From an uncultured Fibrobacterota bacterium (GTDB lineage: Bacteria; Fibrobacterota; Chitinivibrionia; Chitinivibrionales; FEN-1185): DNA of 64,000 nucleotides. Every line of letters starts with the position of its first letter. Position 1 is the first letter of the stretch. Both the position numbers and the translations under genes were made by a program. A model generated the notes under the pieces. The model saw only the letters and a program-made list of their open reading frames with translations. It was not told the origin of the DNA and made no database searches. Shown here one piece after another: positions 46,753 to 56,949 of the stretch. The stretch covers positions 64,001 through 128,000 of the forward strand of contig CAVWBU010000021.1 in assembly GCA_963753345.1 (NCBI GenBank), written 5' to 3'.

Positions 46753-48060
46753 CTATCCCCTTATGGTAAGGACAACGAGATACGCGTTGAGCGCGAGTAC
46801 GGCGGCCGTGATTGCGCTCAACGCCGCGGTGGTCGGCCCGCGGTTGACCAGCGGCCCCATCAACCTCTGGTTTGCGGTGAACAGCAGGAGCGGCACCAAG
46901 GCGAACGGCAGGCCGAAACTGAGCACTACTTGACTGATGACAAGCGTGCGGGTCGGGTCGAACCCTGCCGCGATGACCGCGAGCGACGGCGCCACCGTAA
47001 CGAGCCGCCGCACCCACACCGGTATTTTCCGCCGCACAAACCCCTGCATGATCACCTGGCCCGCGGCCGTGCCCACGGTGGACGACGAAAGCCCGGACGC
47101 GAGCAGGGCCACGGCGAACAGCACGCCCGCCGCTCTTCCCAGCAGGGGCTCGAGCGTTCGGTGCGCGTCCTGAATGGTTGCCACCTGCGCAAGCCCGCGG
47201 CCGTGAAAGGTCGCCGCGGCCATGACGAGCATTGCCATATTGACAAGGCCGGCGATGCTCATGGCCGCGGTGACGTCGATGGTCTCGAACCTGAACAGGC
47301 GGCGCATCCGCTCCTTGCCGGCGGCAACGATGCGTCCCTGGGTGAGCGCGGAGTGCAGGAAGATCGCATGCGGCATCACGGTGGCGCCCAGGATGCCCGC
47401 GGCCAGCAGCACGCTTTCGCGTCCGGAAAGGCGCGGGATCGCCGCGCCCGCAAGGGCTGCGCCGAAATCCGGGACGCCGAGAATCGTTTCGGCGCCGTAG
47501 CAGGCCGCGATTATGCCGACCATGGCCGCAATCACCGCCTCAAACGGCCTGAACCCGAACCGCTCCAGCCCGAGGATGAGGAACGTGGCGATTGCGGTGA
47601 GCCCGCCGCCGGCAAGCAGGGGTATTCCGAAAAGTAAATTGAACCCGATCGCCGCGCCCACAAACTCCGCAAGGTCGGTGGCCATGGCCACCAGCTCCAT
47701 AAGCACCCACATGGAGGCCGCGACCCATCGCGGGAACCGGAGGCCGCACAGCTCGGCGAGGTTATGCCCCGTTGCGATGCCGAGCTTTGCGGAGAGGGTC
47801 TGGATGAGCATTGCCATAAGGCTGCTCGCCAGCACCACCCATAAAAGCATGTATCCGAATTCGGAGCCGGCCTGAATGTTGGTGGCGAAATTTCCCGGGT
47901 CGACATACGCGACGCTCGCGACGAACGCCGGCCCCAGAAACGGGAGTATCCGGCCCATGCCGCGCCTGCCGCGTCCGTCAAGCGCGCGTCCGGCGGCGTC
48001 CACCGTGCCCCGGTCCATGGGGCGGACGGCGCGAGGCGGAGGCCCGGCCGTGGCGGTCAT
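46753..48060 (-). CDS. mntH: Nramp divalent metal transporter MntH
   Basis: AYVDPGNFATN, GATVMPHAIFLHS, SQVVLSFG. Confidence 0.93.
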   Translation of the reverse strand: MTATAGPPPRAVRPMDRGTVDAAGRALDGRGRRGMGRILPFLGPAFVASVAYVDPGNFATNIQAGSEFGYMLLWVVLASSLMAMLIQTLSAKLGIATGHNLAELCGLRFPRWVAASMWVLMELVAMATDLAEFVGAAIGFNLLFGIPLLAGGGLTAIATFLILGLERFGFRPFEAVIAAMVGIIAACYGAETILGVPDFGAALAGAAIPRLSGRESVLLAAGILGATVMPHAIFLHSALTQGRIVAAGKERMRRLFRFETIDVTAAMSIAGLVNMAMLVMAAATFHGRGLAQVATIQDAHRTLEPLLGRAAGVLFAVALLASGLSSSTVGTAAGQVIMQGFVRRKIPVWVRRLVTVAPSLAVIAAGFDPTRTLVISQVVLSFGLPFALVPLLLFTANQRLMGPLVNRGPTTAALSAITAAVLALNAYLVVLTIRG

Positions 48061-48091
48061 GCGCTGGTCCTTTCGTGCGGGGAGGGGAGCG

Positions 48092-50263
48092 TCAGGATGC
48101 CTCGCCGTCGACTGCCTGGACAATGGATTGCATCAGCACATCAAGCGAGAACGGTTTCTGGACGTATCCCCTGATGCCCGGCATCCGGAAAATCGCAGCG
48201 GTGTCGCCCACCATGAATCCCGTGGAGAACAGCGCTTTTGCCTGGGGATTTATCTTGCGCAGGGCCGCAAAACAGGCCTTGCCGTCCATCACGGGCATGT
48301 TCATGTCGAGCACAATGCAGTCGACATCGGCGAACGACGTCCGGTACCATTCCACCGCTTCCTGGGGGTCGGTGAACGCGGTGGCGCGATGTCCTTCCGA
48401 AACAAGATACTCCTTTACAAAATCACAAATCATGGATTCGTCGTCCACGATGAGCACATGCAGGGCGCGGCCGGGCGCGGCGGCGTGCGGCGCAGGAGCT
48501 GCGACCGCGGCCGTGGACGCGGCCTGAGGCAGGTAGAAGGTCATGGCCGTTCCTTTGCCTTTACTCGATTCCGCCTCGATGAACCCTCCGTGCCGCTTGA
48601 CCGTTCCGAACACGCTGGCAAGCCCGAGCCCCGTTCCCTTGCCGGGTTCCTTTGTTGTAAAGAACGGCTCGTAGAGGTGTTCCCTTGCCCTGTCGTCCAA
48701 CCCAACGCCGGTGTCGGCGACGGCGACGGCGACGTAACTCCCGGGCGCGGCGGACCGCGACCGCGGGTCCGCGGACTGCTTGTCAAACACGACGCTCCGG
48801 GTGGAAAAGGTGAGCGTTCCGCCGTCGGGCATGGCGTCGCGGGCGTTGATGGCGAGGTTGAGCAGCGCGCTCTGCAGGAGCGCCTGGTCTCCCGAAACGA
48901 CCGGGTTGAGCGCGGTGAGCGCCTTTGCAATGGTGATGCGTTTATCGATGCTGTGCGACAGAAGCGTCGTCACCTCGTCGATGAGCGCGTGCACGTTGAC
49001 CGGTTTCTCCTCGTAGGACCCCTGGCGGGAAAAAGCCAGCAGCTTCCGCACAAGGTCGGTGGCGCGCTCGCTCGCCCTCAGGACCGCCGAAATCTGTTCG
49101 TCGAGCCTTATGCCGAACGCATCCTTTTCCCTGGCGGCATTCTGGGCCTTGATGAGCGTCGCGTAGCCGAAAATGCCCGACATGATGTTGTTGAAATCGT
49201 GCGCCACGCCGCCCGCCAGCAGCCCCACCGATTCCATCTTCTGCGACTGCCGGTACTGCTCCTCGAGGGTCTTCTGCTCCGTTATGTCAACAAGGCACAT
49301 GCGCAGGCCCGCGACCGAGCCCTTCGACCACACGTGGTCGCATTGAAGGAGGGTTCTGAGCGTTTTCCCGTCTTTGCGAACGATCCGATACTCCTGGAGG
49401 GGCAGATGGTCGCCCGAAAGCGTTCGGGAGAATTCATCCCGCGCACGCGGCGTGTCGCCGGGATGAATGAGGTCGAGCACGGTGTGGCCGGGGCCGAGCT
49501 CGCCCTGGCTATACCCGGTGAGTGCGAGGCCGGCCCGGTTGACAAAAGAAATTGAAAGGTCGCTGCCCGTCTCGCAGATCATCACCGGCAGCATGTCGGC
49601 GGTTTCGAAGAAACGGCTTTCACTTGCCTTCTTTTCCGCGTCGGACTTCTCAATGGCTTTGCGGTATCCCCGGTGGAGTACCAGGACAAAGGTGACGGTG
49701 AGAATCGTTGCCATCAAGAAGGAGGCGGCAACGTCTGTCAACCGCTCCGTTTCTGAGGCATACCCGATGATCATGTTCGGGTTTGAATGTTCCAGCGTAA
49801 AGAGAAGGACAACCAGCAAAGCGTAAATGCCGATGAGGATGATGCGGCCCGCGCCACGCGAGAACACCGAGAAGATGAGGGGGGCAACAAGCAGGAAAAA
49901 ATTCGCACCGCCGCTGCTTCCGGCATTGAAAATCCATGCAATAGAAACGAGAATGATAAAACCGATTGCCGCTGGATAAATGAGTAGTGAAAATGATTTT
50001 CCGCGTCTTGCAAATAGCCAGAGTACGGCAAATCCAAGCGCTATTGCAACCGTTACAAATTGGAGAGGGAGATTGAACCCGAGGATGCAATTTTCAGTGA
50101 AGGTCGATACTCCCGCACACGCGCTGAGAAACATGACCGTCGTAAAAAGTCGCTGTTCAAGGGCCCTATTCAGGTTGAGAGGACCGGCAACAAATTGAGA
50201 TGCTTTTTGGAAGATCGTCATGTGATGATTTTTCTTTTCAAACAGAAGGCGCGATCCGCTCAT
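48092..50263 (-). CDS. Hybrid sensor histidine kinase (TM-PAS-HisKA-HATPase-REC)
   Basis: GGVAHDFNN, NLAINARDAM, FFTTKEPGKGTGLGL, VDDE...LDMNMP...KPF. Confidence 0.95.
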   Translation of the reverse strand: MSGSRLLFEKKNHHMTIFQKASQFVAGPLNLNRALEQRLFTTVMFLSACAGVSTFTENCILGFNLPLQFVTVAIALGFAVLWLFARRGKSFSLLIYPAAIGFIILVSIAWIFNAGSSGGANFFLLVAPLIFSVFSRGAGRIILIGIYALLVVLLFTLEHSNPNMIIGYASETERLTDVAASFLMATILTVTFVLVLHRGYRKAIEKSDAEKKASESRFFETADMLPVMICETGSDLSISFVNRAGLALTGYSQGELGPGHTVLDLIHPGDTPRARDEFSRTLSGDHLPLQEYRIVRKDGKTLRTLLQCDHVWSKGSVAGLRMCLVDITEQKTLEEQYRQSQKMESVGLLAGGVAHDFNNIMSGIFGYATLIKAQNAAREKDAFGIRLDEQISAVLRASERATDLVRKLLAFSRQGSYEEKPVNVHALIDEVTTLLSHSIDKRITIAKALTALNPVVSGDQALLQSALLNLAINARDAMPDGGTLTFSTRSVVFDKQSADPRSRSAAPGSYVAVAVADTGVGLDDRAREHLYEPFFTTKEPGKGTGLGLASVFGTVKRHGGFIEAESSKGKGTAMTFYLPQAASTAAVAAPAPHAAAPGRALHVLIVDDESMICDFVKEYLVSEGHRATAFTDPQEAVEWYRTSFADVDCIVLDMNMPVMDGKACFAALRKINPQAKALFSTGFMVGDTAAIFRMPGIRGYVQKPFSLDVLMQSIVQAVDGEAS

Positions 50264-50477
50264 TCATATGTCGCGGTGCCGGAGGGCCGGCAGCAATAAG
50301 ATTGTACCTTTGTGAAGGCGCATTTTCAAGCATGGAAGGGACAAAATCAAAGAGAGGAAAGGACTTCACCATTCCAAAAGCGACGGCCGGGCTTTTTCAA
50401 GAATCTTGGGACGGCGCAGTCGCGAATAAATTGGTGGTGAAAGGGCCTGGAAGAAAAGGTATATTTTCTGATCCACC

Positions 50478-51242
50478 ATGCTTCCCGTCGACTTCCATTC
50501 CCACACGCTTTTCTCCAAATGCGGCCTGCACACCATTGTCGAGATGTTGACGGAAGCAAAGGCCCGCGGGCTTGCCGCGCTGGCCGTCACCGACCACGGT
50601 CCCGTGCTCGGCGCCGGACCGCCCACCACGTTCTGGGACAGGCTCGCAAATCCCGTTGAAGGCATCCGCCTGCTCAAGGGGCTTGAAAGCAACATCGCCT
50701 CGGACAACGGCGCCATCGACTTCCCGCAAAAGATGCTCGCTTACGCCGACATCGTGCTTCTGGGGCTGCACCCGCATCTTCCGGCGGGAAAAGCGACCGG
50801 CCATAACACGAGGCTCCTTGTGGCCGCGCTCGAAGCAAACCCGTTCGTTGACATCGTGACGCATCCCGAGGACGTCCAGTACCCGGTGGATTTCGACGTG
50901 CTTGCCGCGTTTGCGTCGGCGCGCGGCATCGCGCTGGAATGCAACAACTCCAAGGTCCTTAACAAACGCGTGTCTCCGGAACGGATGCTCGCATTTCTCG
51001 GCGCATGCAAGCGGGCCGGCTGCCGTGTGGCCGTCAACTCCGATGCGCACGCGCTCAACGAAGTCGGCCTCGACGATTCGGTGCGGCCTCTGCTAAGCCA
51101 AGTGGGAATTCTTTCCCGGCTGATTGTCAATGAAACGGCAGCGTCGGCGTTTGCGTTTATGGAGGAACGGAGAAAGGAAAAAATGGAGTACCTGGCGGGG
51201 AAGGGGAGACCGCAAAAGAGGAATGCAGAAGACAGAATGTAA
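50478..51242 (+). CDS. PHP-domain phosphatase (YcdX-like)
   Basis: DFHSHT, AVTDHG, VTHP, NSDAH. Confidence 0.9.
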   Translation: MLPVDFHSHTLFSKCGLHTIVEMLTEAKARGLAALAVTDHGPVLGAGPPTTFWDRLANPVEGIRLLKGLESNIASDNGAIDFPQKMLAYADIVLLGLHPHLPAGKATGHNTRLLVAALEANPFVDIVTHPEDVQYPVDFDVLAAFASARGIALECNNSKVLNKRVSPERMLAFLGACKRAGCRVAVNSDAHALNEVGLDDSVRPLLSQVGILSRLIVNETAASAFAFMEERRKEKMEYLAGKGRPQKRNAEDRM

Positions 51243-51344
51243 AATACAGAATAAGCTCGGTATAACCAAATTCCACCATCTTCAACCCATTCACTCGTCC
51301 ACCCATCATCCGGTTACTTTCAACCTCCAACCTTCCACTTTCAA

Positions 51345-51885
51345 CTAAATAAGGTTATACGATTGTTCAATCGTATGCACCGCTCCTGCGGGCATGAGCA
51401 CGCTCGAGTACAGGTGGAACTCGTTCACCGCCACGTTCTCAGCGGCAAACAGGTTGTTCGCGGAAAGAAAGCCCGTTATTTTCGCAAGCGGCGCCTCGGG
51501 CCGCAGTCTCGCAAGCGTCAGGTGCGGGTGGTATTTCCGTTCCTCAGGCTCAAGCCCGAGCTCCGCCAAAAGTTTCTCGATCGAATCGCGCAGCGCCGCA
51601 AGCGGCTCGCACGGTTCGATGCCCACCCATAGAACGTTCGGCTTTCTTCTCGGCGGGAAATATCCCACGCCCCGAAGCGCGAGCGAAAAACAGGACGCGT
51701 TGACATTGTGCAATATGTCCGCGACGTCGGCAAACAAATGTTCGTCGGCGTCGCCGATGAACCTGAGCGTGAGGTGGAGTTGGTCCTTGGACACCCATTT
51801 CGCCCCGGGCACGCCGAAGCACATGTTGGCGAGGGATTCTCGAACGTCGTCGGGGAAGATCTATGGCTATGAAGAGGCGGTGCAT
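51345..51885 (-). pseudogene. thpR: RNA 2',3'-cyclic phosphodiesterase ThpR with +1 frameshift near the 5' end (real or error)
   Basis: MHRLFIAIDLP from 51885 joins DDVRESLANMC if one C of CCCC (51852-51855) is removed; two HLTL motifs. Confidence 0.85.
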
Positions 51886-51943
51886 ATTTGATAATATAAA
51901 AGATGCTTGGTGGGGGCACCGCTTTGTAAAGCGAGATAGAAGC

Positions 51944-52406
51944 TGGACGTTGCCTTCGCTGCGCTCAGGCCGGTCTCCTTCCGGGCTCGGCTGTTCGCCT
52001 CGTTGCCGGACCGCCCTATGCCTAACGGCCGGGTCGGCCGGCAATGCGCTCTAGCTCACCCTCCAGTCCACCTAACGCGCGGCATAGGAAATCTATTCAG
52101 TCAATAAACATTTCTTGCGCCAATCGGTATCCAAAACACACTTCTTACCTCCTAAACTTCTCAACCTCTCAACTACTCTTCTTGGGTGTCGCCACAGGAA
52201 GAAAGTTACAAAGTGACAAAGGGACAAAGAAAGAAAATTGCCCGGTACAACTACTCTCCAAGGGTGCCCTCACATGGGTGATTGATTCCTGCAACCAGCC
52301 TCACTTGGGGTGCACCCAGGAGGGGGTAGCGGAGGACTGGCGCGTGATTGAAAGTGAACAACAAATCAAAGGTGCGCCGGGCCGGAGCGAGGGGGAAACT
52401 TCCCCC
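51944..52406 (+). repeat. Structured intergenic repeat, full length A+B (copy d)
   Basis: TGGACGTT...CCTAACGCGCGGCA...TTCTTGCGCCAATCGG...CACCCAGGAGGGGGTAGCG...GGGGGAAACTTCCCCC. Confidence 0.9.
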
Positions 52407-52512
52407 GCCAAGTGTATCGTTATATCTATCCACCCATTTGACTCCTCCTCGATTCATACTATATTATTGAATACAAATACCACCCAGGAATTAATAAGGT
52501 AAAGGACTTTAC

Positions 52513-54051
52513 ATGATCCCAATTCTAACTACAGCCCAAATGCGGAAAATTGACAAAGCAGCAATCGGCGGAAACACGGCCGCCGGGTACTCGCTGATGA
52601 CGGAGGCGGGCGCGGGCCTGTTCGACGAAGCGCGAAGGCTCGTGATCACCCCCCGCAGCGGCGACATCACGGTGGTGTGCGGCGGCGGAAACAACGGCGG
52701 CGACGGGTTCGCCGCGGCCAGGCTGCTTCTTGAGGCGGGCTACAAGGTGATGTGCTTTGGACTTTGTCAACCGGACGACCTGTCCGGCGAGGCCAGGCTC
52801 GCCTACGATGCTTACGCAGGCCGCGAAGGTAATTTTCTGTTCCTCGACGACGTAGACGACCTTGGCAATTTGCACTCGTGCAGCCTCGTCATCGACGCCA
52901 TGCTCGGCACGGGAACCAAGGGCGATCCCCGCGGCCTGTACGCCGAGGTCATTGAGGCCGTCAACGCCGCGCAGGTGCCGGTGCTTTCGGCCGACACGCC
53001 GTCGGGCCTGGACAACGACCTCGGCACGGCCGGAACGCCGTGCGTGAAGGCAACGGTCACCGTCGCCATGGGGTTTCCGAAAATAGGGCAGTATTTCTAT
53101 CCGGGGAAATCGTTCGTCGGTTCGCTTCGTGTCAAGCCTCTCGGGTATCCGCCGGAAATTGTAGAGAAGAATTCGTCGCGCCTGTTTCTTCCCGAGGTTG
53201 ACGACCTCAGGAAAATGCTGCCGCCGCGCAAACCCGGCGGCTCCAAGTTCGACCACGGCGTGGTGCTCATGCTTGCCGGCTCGGCAGGCATGACCGGCTC
53301 GGCCGCGCTCGCGTCGGTTGCGGCGCTCCGCACCGGCTGCGGCATGGTGCACTGTGCGTCTCCCGCAAGCGCGGTCCCGGTGCTTGGCGCAAAGCTCACC
53401 GAGGTGGTGCTCCACCCGCTGCCGGAGACGAAGTCCGGAAGCGCGGCGCTTTCCGGATCGGAATGGCTGCTTTCCAAGGCCGCGACCTGCCAAGCGCTGT
53501 GCATCGGTCCCGGCCTTTCCCACGACGATGAAACGTCGGCCCTGGTGCGCAGGATGGTGACCAAGAGCCCGGTGCCCGTGGTGCTCGACGCGGACGGCAT
53601 CAATGCGTTCAAGGGCAAGAGCAACGAGCTTGCGTCACGCGCCGCGCCGCTGCTCATCACCCCGCACGCGGGCGAGTGGGCGCGGCTGTTTGCCGAAATG
53701 CCGAAAAGCCCGGTTGAGATTGTTGAAGAGCTGAGGAAAAAGGCAGCGGAATACTCGATGACCATTCTTTACAAAGGCAACCCGACCATCATCGCAGCGC
53801 CCGACGGCGCGGTGTTCCTCTCGCCGTACGGCAATTCGGGCATGGCAACCGCGGGATCGGGCGACGTTCTGAGCGGCATAATCACGTCGCTCGTGGCGCA
53901 GGGTTGCACCGTGACCGATGCGGCCATCCTTGGCGCATACCTTCATGGAAAGGCCGGCGATGCCGCGGCACAGGAGCTGGGCGAGTATTCGATGATTGCC
54001 GGCGACATTGAGAGGAATATTTACAAGGCGATACAAAAGTTGAAGAGTTGA
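52513..54051 (+). CDS. nnr: Bifunctional NAD(P)HX epimerase/dehydratase
   Basis: GGGNNGGDG, DAMLGTG, DTPSG; GPGL, LDADG, TPHAGE, ATAGSGDVL. Confidence 0.95.
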   Translation: MIPILTTAQMRKIDKAAIGGNTAAGYSLMTEAGAGLFDEARRLVITPRSGDITVVCGGGNNGGDGFAAARLLLEAGYKVMCFGLCQPDDLSGEARLAYDAYAGREGNFLFLDDVDDLGNLHSCSLVIDAMLGTGTKGDPRGLYAEVIEAVNAAQVPVLSADTPSGLDNDLGTAGTPCVKATVTVAMGFPKIGQYFYPGKSFVGSLRVKPLGYPPEIVEKNSSRLFLPEVDDLRKMLPPRKPGGSKFDHGVVLMLAGSAGMTGSAALASVAALRTGCGMVHCASPASAVPVLGAKLTEVVLHPLPETKSGSAALSGSEWLLSKAATCQALCIGPGLSHDDETSALVRRMVTKSPVPVVLDADGINAFKGKSNELASRAAPLLITPHAGEWARLFAEMPKSPVEIVEELRKKAAEYSMTILYKGNPTIIAAPDGAVFLSPYGNSGMATAGSGDVLSGIITSLVAQGCTVTDAAILGAYLHGKAGDAAAQELGEYSMIAGDIERNIYKAIQKLKS

Positions 54052-54169
54052 AGCGTTGAAAAGTTGAAGCGTTGAGGAGTTGATGCGCGGATGCGTAAAT
54101 GCGTTTAGGGTTTGAACAGCGGCAGGGAGGATAGAATACACGCAGGTTGACAGGAAGGAAACGACGACC

Positions 54170-54829
54170 TTAATACAGACTGTCAATCATGGCAATTCCA
54201 TTCTTCCTGTATTTCTGCAGGACCTTTTCGCGGTTCTTTTCATTCATCAGTCCGATGCCGCTTTCGATAATTGTCGTTTTATAGCCCCGGTTGACCGCGC
54301 CCCGGGCGGTAAGCATGACGCAGAATTCCGCGTCAACACCTGTGACGTACAATTCATCGATCCTGTTGATTCTCAGGTAGCGGTCCAGGTCCGGGTTTGC
54401 AAATGCGTCGCCCTTGGGTTTGGGAAACGTTGTTGCCATCGGGGCGACCACCCTGGCGTCGGTTTTTGCGCCGGGCGCTCCCCGCATCAAACGGCCGCCG
54501 AGGAACATCTTCGACCAGAGTGTCCCCAGCAAGCCGCCAAATTCCTGATCCACGATAACCACCGGCATGTGCATGGAATCTGCGCGATGGATTGCGGTGT
54601 TGATGGCTGCGATCAATGCCGCGGAATTCTTGTACGGATACGGCGGCGCGGACAGGGAGCCGGTCAATGCTTCCTGGATGTCAATTATCATGAGCGCCGC
54701 GCGGGGATGTTCGTATTTACTGATGTGTTTGGCGGAAGTGGGTGAGGCCATGTAGAGGGCCCAGAGGAAGAGGGCGACAATGAGAAGACTTACGGCAATA
54801 CTGGTGACGATGAGAAATTTTTTCAACAT
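54170..54829 (-). CDS. Isochorismatase-family cysteine hydrolase with N-terminal TM anchor
   Basis: ALMIIDIQ, K...DAF, GVDAEFCV...TARGA. Confidence 0.88.
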   Translation of the reverse strand: MLKKFLIVTSIAVSLLIVALFLWALYMASPTSAKHISKYEHPRAALMIIDIQEALTGSLSAPPYPYKNSAALIAAINTAIHRADSMHMPVVIVDQEFGGLLGTLWSKMFLGGRLMRGAPGAKTDARVVAPMATTFPKPKGDAFANPDLDRYLRINRIDELYVTGVDAEFCVMLTARGAVNRGYKTTIIESGIGLMNEKNREKVLQKYRKNGIAMIDSLY

Positions 54830-55112
54830 GGTTTTATGCCTTCAACGGTTAGAGCGTATTGATATGGCATTCACCTGAGAATCGACTTTTGTAATTGATA
54901 AATGAAGAATAGAAATGCCTTTGGGAGCTTCGCGGGGTGCAGCGTGGTTGGGCCTGTGGCAAGACCGAAACACCCGTTGCGCGCACCCTTGAAGCGGCAG
55001 TTGTGAAGCAAAAGATGTTATGTCTGTTCATGAGTATAATCCTGTACTGATTTTTTAATCTTCAAAGTATCAAGAAACAAATCGGTGAATTAATGGACAT
55101 CTCAACCTTGTA

Positions 55113-55958
55113 CTATTTTGACTCGATCTCTTTCAGTGGCTTACCATTTTTGTCTTTCCAGGCAATCAAGCCGTTTGCGGAACCACCGTGAACTACGGCT
55201 GCGGCAGCACTCGGACTGGAAAACTCTTCGTCGCGGGTGAACACGAGATGATCCTTTTTCAAAGATAGAACGCCCTCATCCTTGAGCCGTTGACGCATGT
55301 TTATCGGCCAAGGATACTTTTGTGATGATTTCCGCTCAACCAGTACGGCTTGAGACCCTTCCATGACAAGAAATCCATTTGGGGTAAGATGCCCTTGCGC
55401 AATTAAGCCCTTTATTTCGCAGTACAACATTCCTTCTTTTCTATCTATTCCTGTTTTCCCAATGGAAGTTACCAGTAATTCATTTCCAAGAACGGGCAAT
55501 AGTTGATTTATCTTTTCTAGAAAAACCTCCATGTCTTCACGATCCGATTCGGGCAGTTTTGCACCACTGCTTTGACTGTTTATTACAATTGCACGTCCAG
55601 CGTGTTGCGCTTGCTCGATGAGTCTTCCTTCTAGATAGCGTATATGAGCCTTAGTAAGGTTCTCATCTTTACTTATGAAATAAATCATCTGATTCCAGAA
55701 ATCCTTGTCTAAATGGGACTTTACGCGGTCCTTGATGTTTTCCGCTTCGCCAATATATATCGCTGGCTTGCCTGTTTCAGGATCGATTCCGCTAAGGAGG
55801 TAAATGCCAGAATTATTGCCTTCTTCCCTACGAACAACTTCTTCAAATTCGCTGCGCGGGCCAGCAACAGCTTTTCCGGTCCAGTTTGACAATTCGGCCG
55901 TACGCAGACGCTTGGGATCTCCGTGAACGAGAAAGATTCTAATTGTTGCACTTGCCAT
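55113..55958 (-). CDS. GIY-YIG nuclease-family protein with DUF4357-like C-terminus
   Basis: GIYLL...IYIGEAE, YLEGRLI, FSSPSAAAAVVHGGSANGLIAWK. Confidence 0.85.
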   Translation of the reverse strand: MASATIRIFLVHGDPKRLRTAELSNWTGKAVAGPRSEFEEVVRREEGNNSGIYLLSGIDPETGKPAIYIGEAENIKDRVKSHLDKDFWNQMIYFISKDENLTKAHIRYLEGRLIEQAQHAGRAIVINSQSSGAKLPESDREDMEVFLEKINQLLPVLGNELLVTSIGKTGIDRKEGMLYCEIKGLIAQGHLTPNGFLVMEGSQAVLVERKSSQKYPWPINMRQRLKDEGVLSLKKDHLVFTRDEEFSSPSAAAAVVHGGSANGLIAWKDKNGKPLKEIESK

Positions 55959-56141
55959 TATGTGACCCTCCGGTGGCTACATGTCAACGAATATCTTTTT
56001 GAGAAGGCAACGTTTTCCGTTCTATCTCCTTACAGGTAGAAAAATCCTAAATTCATTTCCCGCTCCTCAGCCCTTCTCTTCACTGTCAACCGCCAACCGT
56101 CAACTGTCAACTTCGATCCTCTCAACTCTCAATTCCAACTC

Positions 56142-56918
56142 TCAACTTTCAACTTTCAAAAACAACGCTGTTCCAACCAACGTCATCTCCTTCACATATT
56201 CATACTCAAACCCCACCAATTTCTCCACATGCCTCCATGCCCCTCCCGTCGCCATCACCAAAGCATCTTTCCCGAATTGTTCTTTGTACCGCGCCACGAC
56301 AAACGAGAGCGCGCCCGCGGTCCCGTAGACCACGCCGGTCGTCATGGCCGATTTTGTGGACCTGCCCGGAAACTCTGTTGCCGATTCGTCAAGCTCCACC
56401 GCCGGGAGCGCAGCGGCGTGCTCGTGCAGGCTCGAAAGCTGGGTGGAGATGCCCGGCATTATAGTTCCGCCGCTGAATTCGTTGCCGTTTTTGAGAAAGT
56501 CCACGGTGACGGCCGTGCCCGCGTCGATGATGACCTGGCTTCTTCCCGGATGTGCGGTGCAACAGTACAGGCAGTCGGCAAGGCGGTCGGGCCCGAGCGA
56601 GGCTGCGTTGTCGTAGGAGACTTTGATCGGAAAGCGCGGCGTGTGTTCGAACCAGACCGGCGGATTGCAGCCGGCCTCGGCGATGGCGCCGGCAACGGCG
56701 CTGCGGCCGATTGTGACAACAGAGCACACCACAACGGGAAGGGACATTGCGCCGCCGACTGCGGAAGCCAGATCCTTGAGCGAGCCGCCGAGACGCCGGA
56801 CCGCGTCCTTAGTGGGGAACACGTCGGACCGCAGGCAGGAAAGCTTGCCGCAGTCGATCACTCCTGCATGCGTATTGGTGTTGCCGATGTCAATTGCAAG
56901 AACGAGGGTATTTGCCAT
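56142..56918 (-). CDS. coaX: Type III pantothenate kinase
   Basis: LAIDIGNTN, LGPDR, IDAGTAVTVD, GGTIMPG, ATGG. Confidence 0.93.
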   Translation of the reverse strand: MANTLVLAIDIGNTNTHAGVIDCGKLSCLRSDVFPTKDAVRRLGGSLKDLASAVGGAMSLPVVVCSVVTIGRSAVAGAIAEAGCNPPVWFEHTPRFPIKVSYDNAASLGPDRLADCLYCCTAHPGRSQVIIDAGTAVTVDFLKNGNEFSGGTIMPGISTQLSSLHEHAAALPAVELDESATEFPGRSTKSAMTTGVVYGTAGALSFVVARYKEQFGKDALVMATGGAWRHVEKLVGFEYEYVKEMTLVGTALFLKVES

Positions 56919-56949
56919 ACAACAAAAATATATGGGGACGTGCCGGCCG

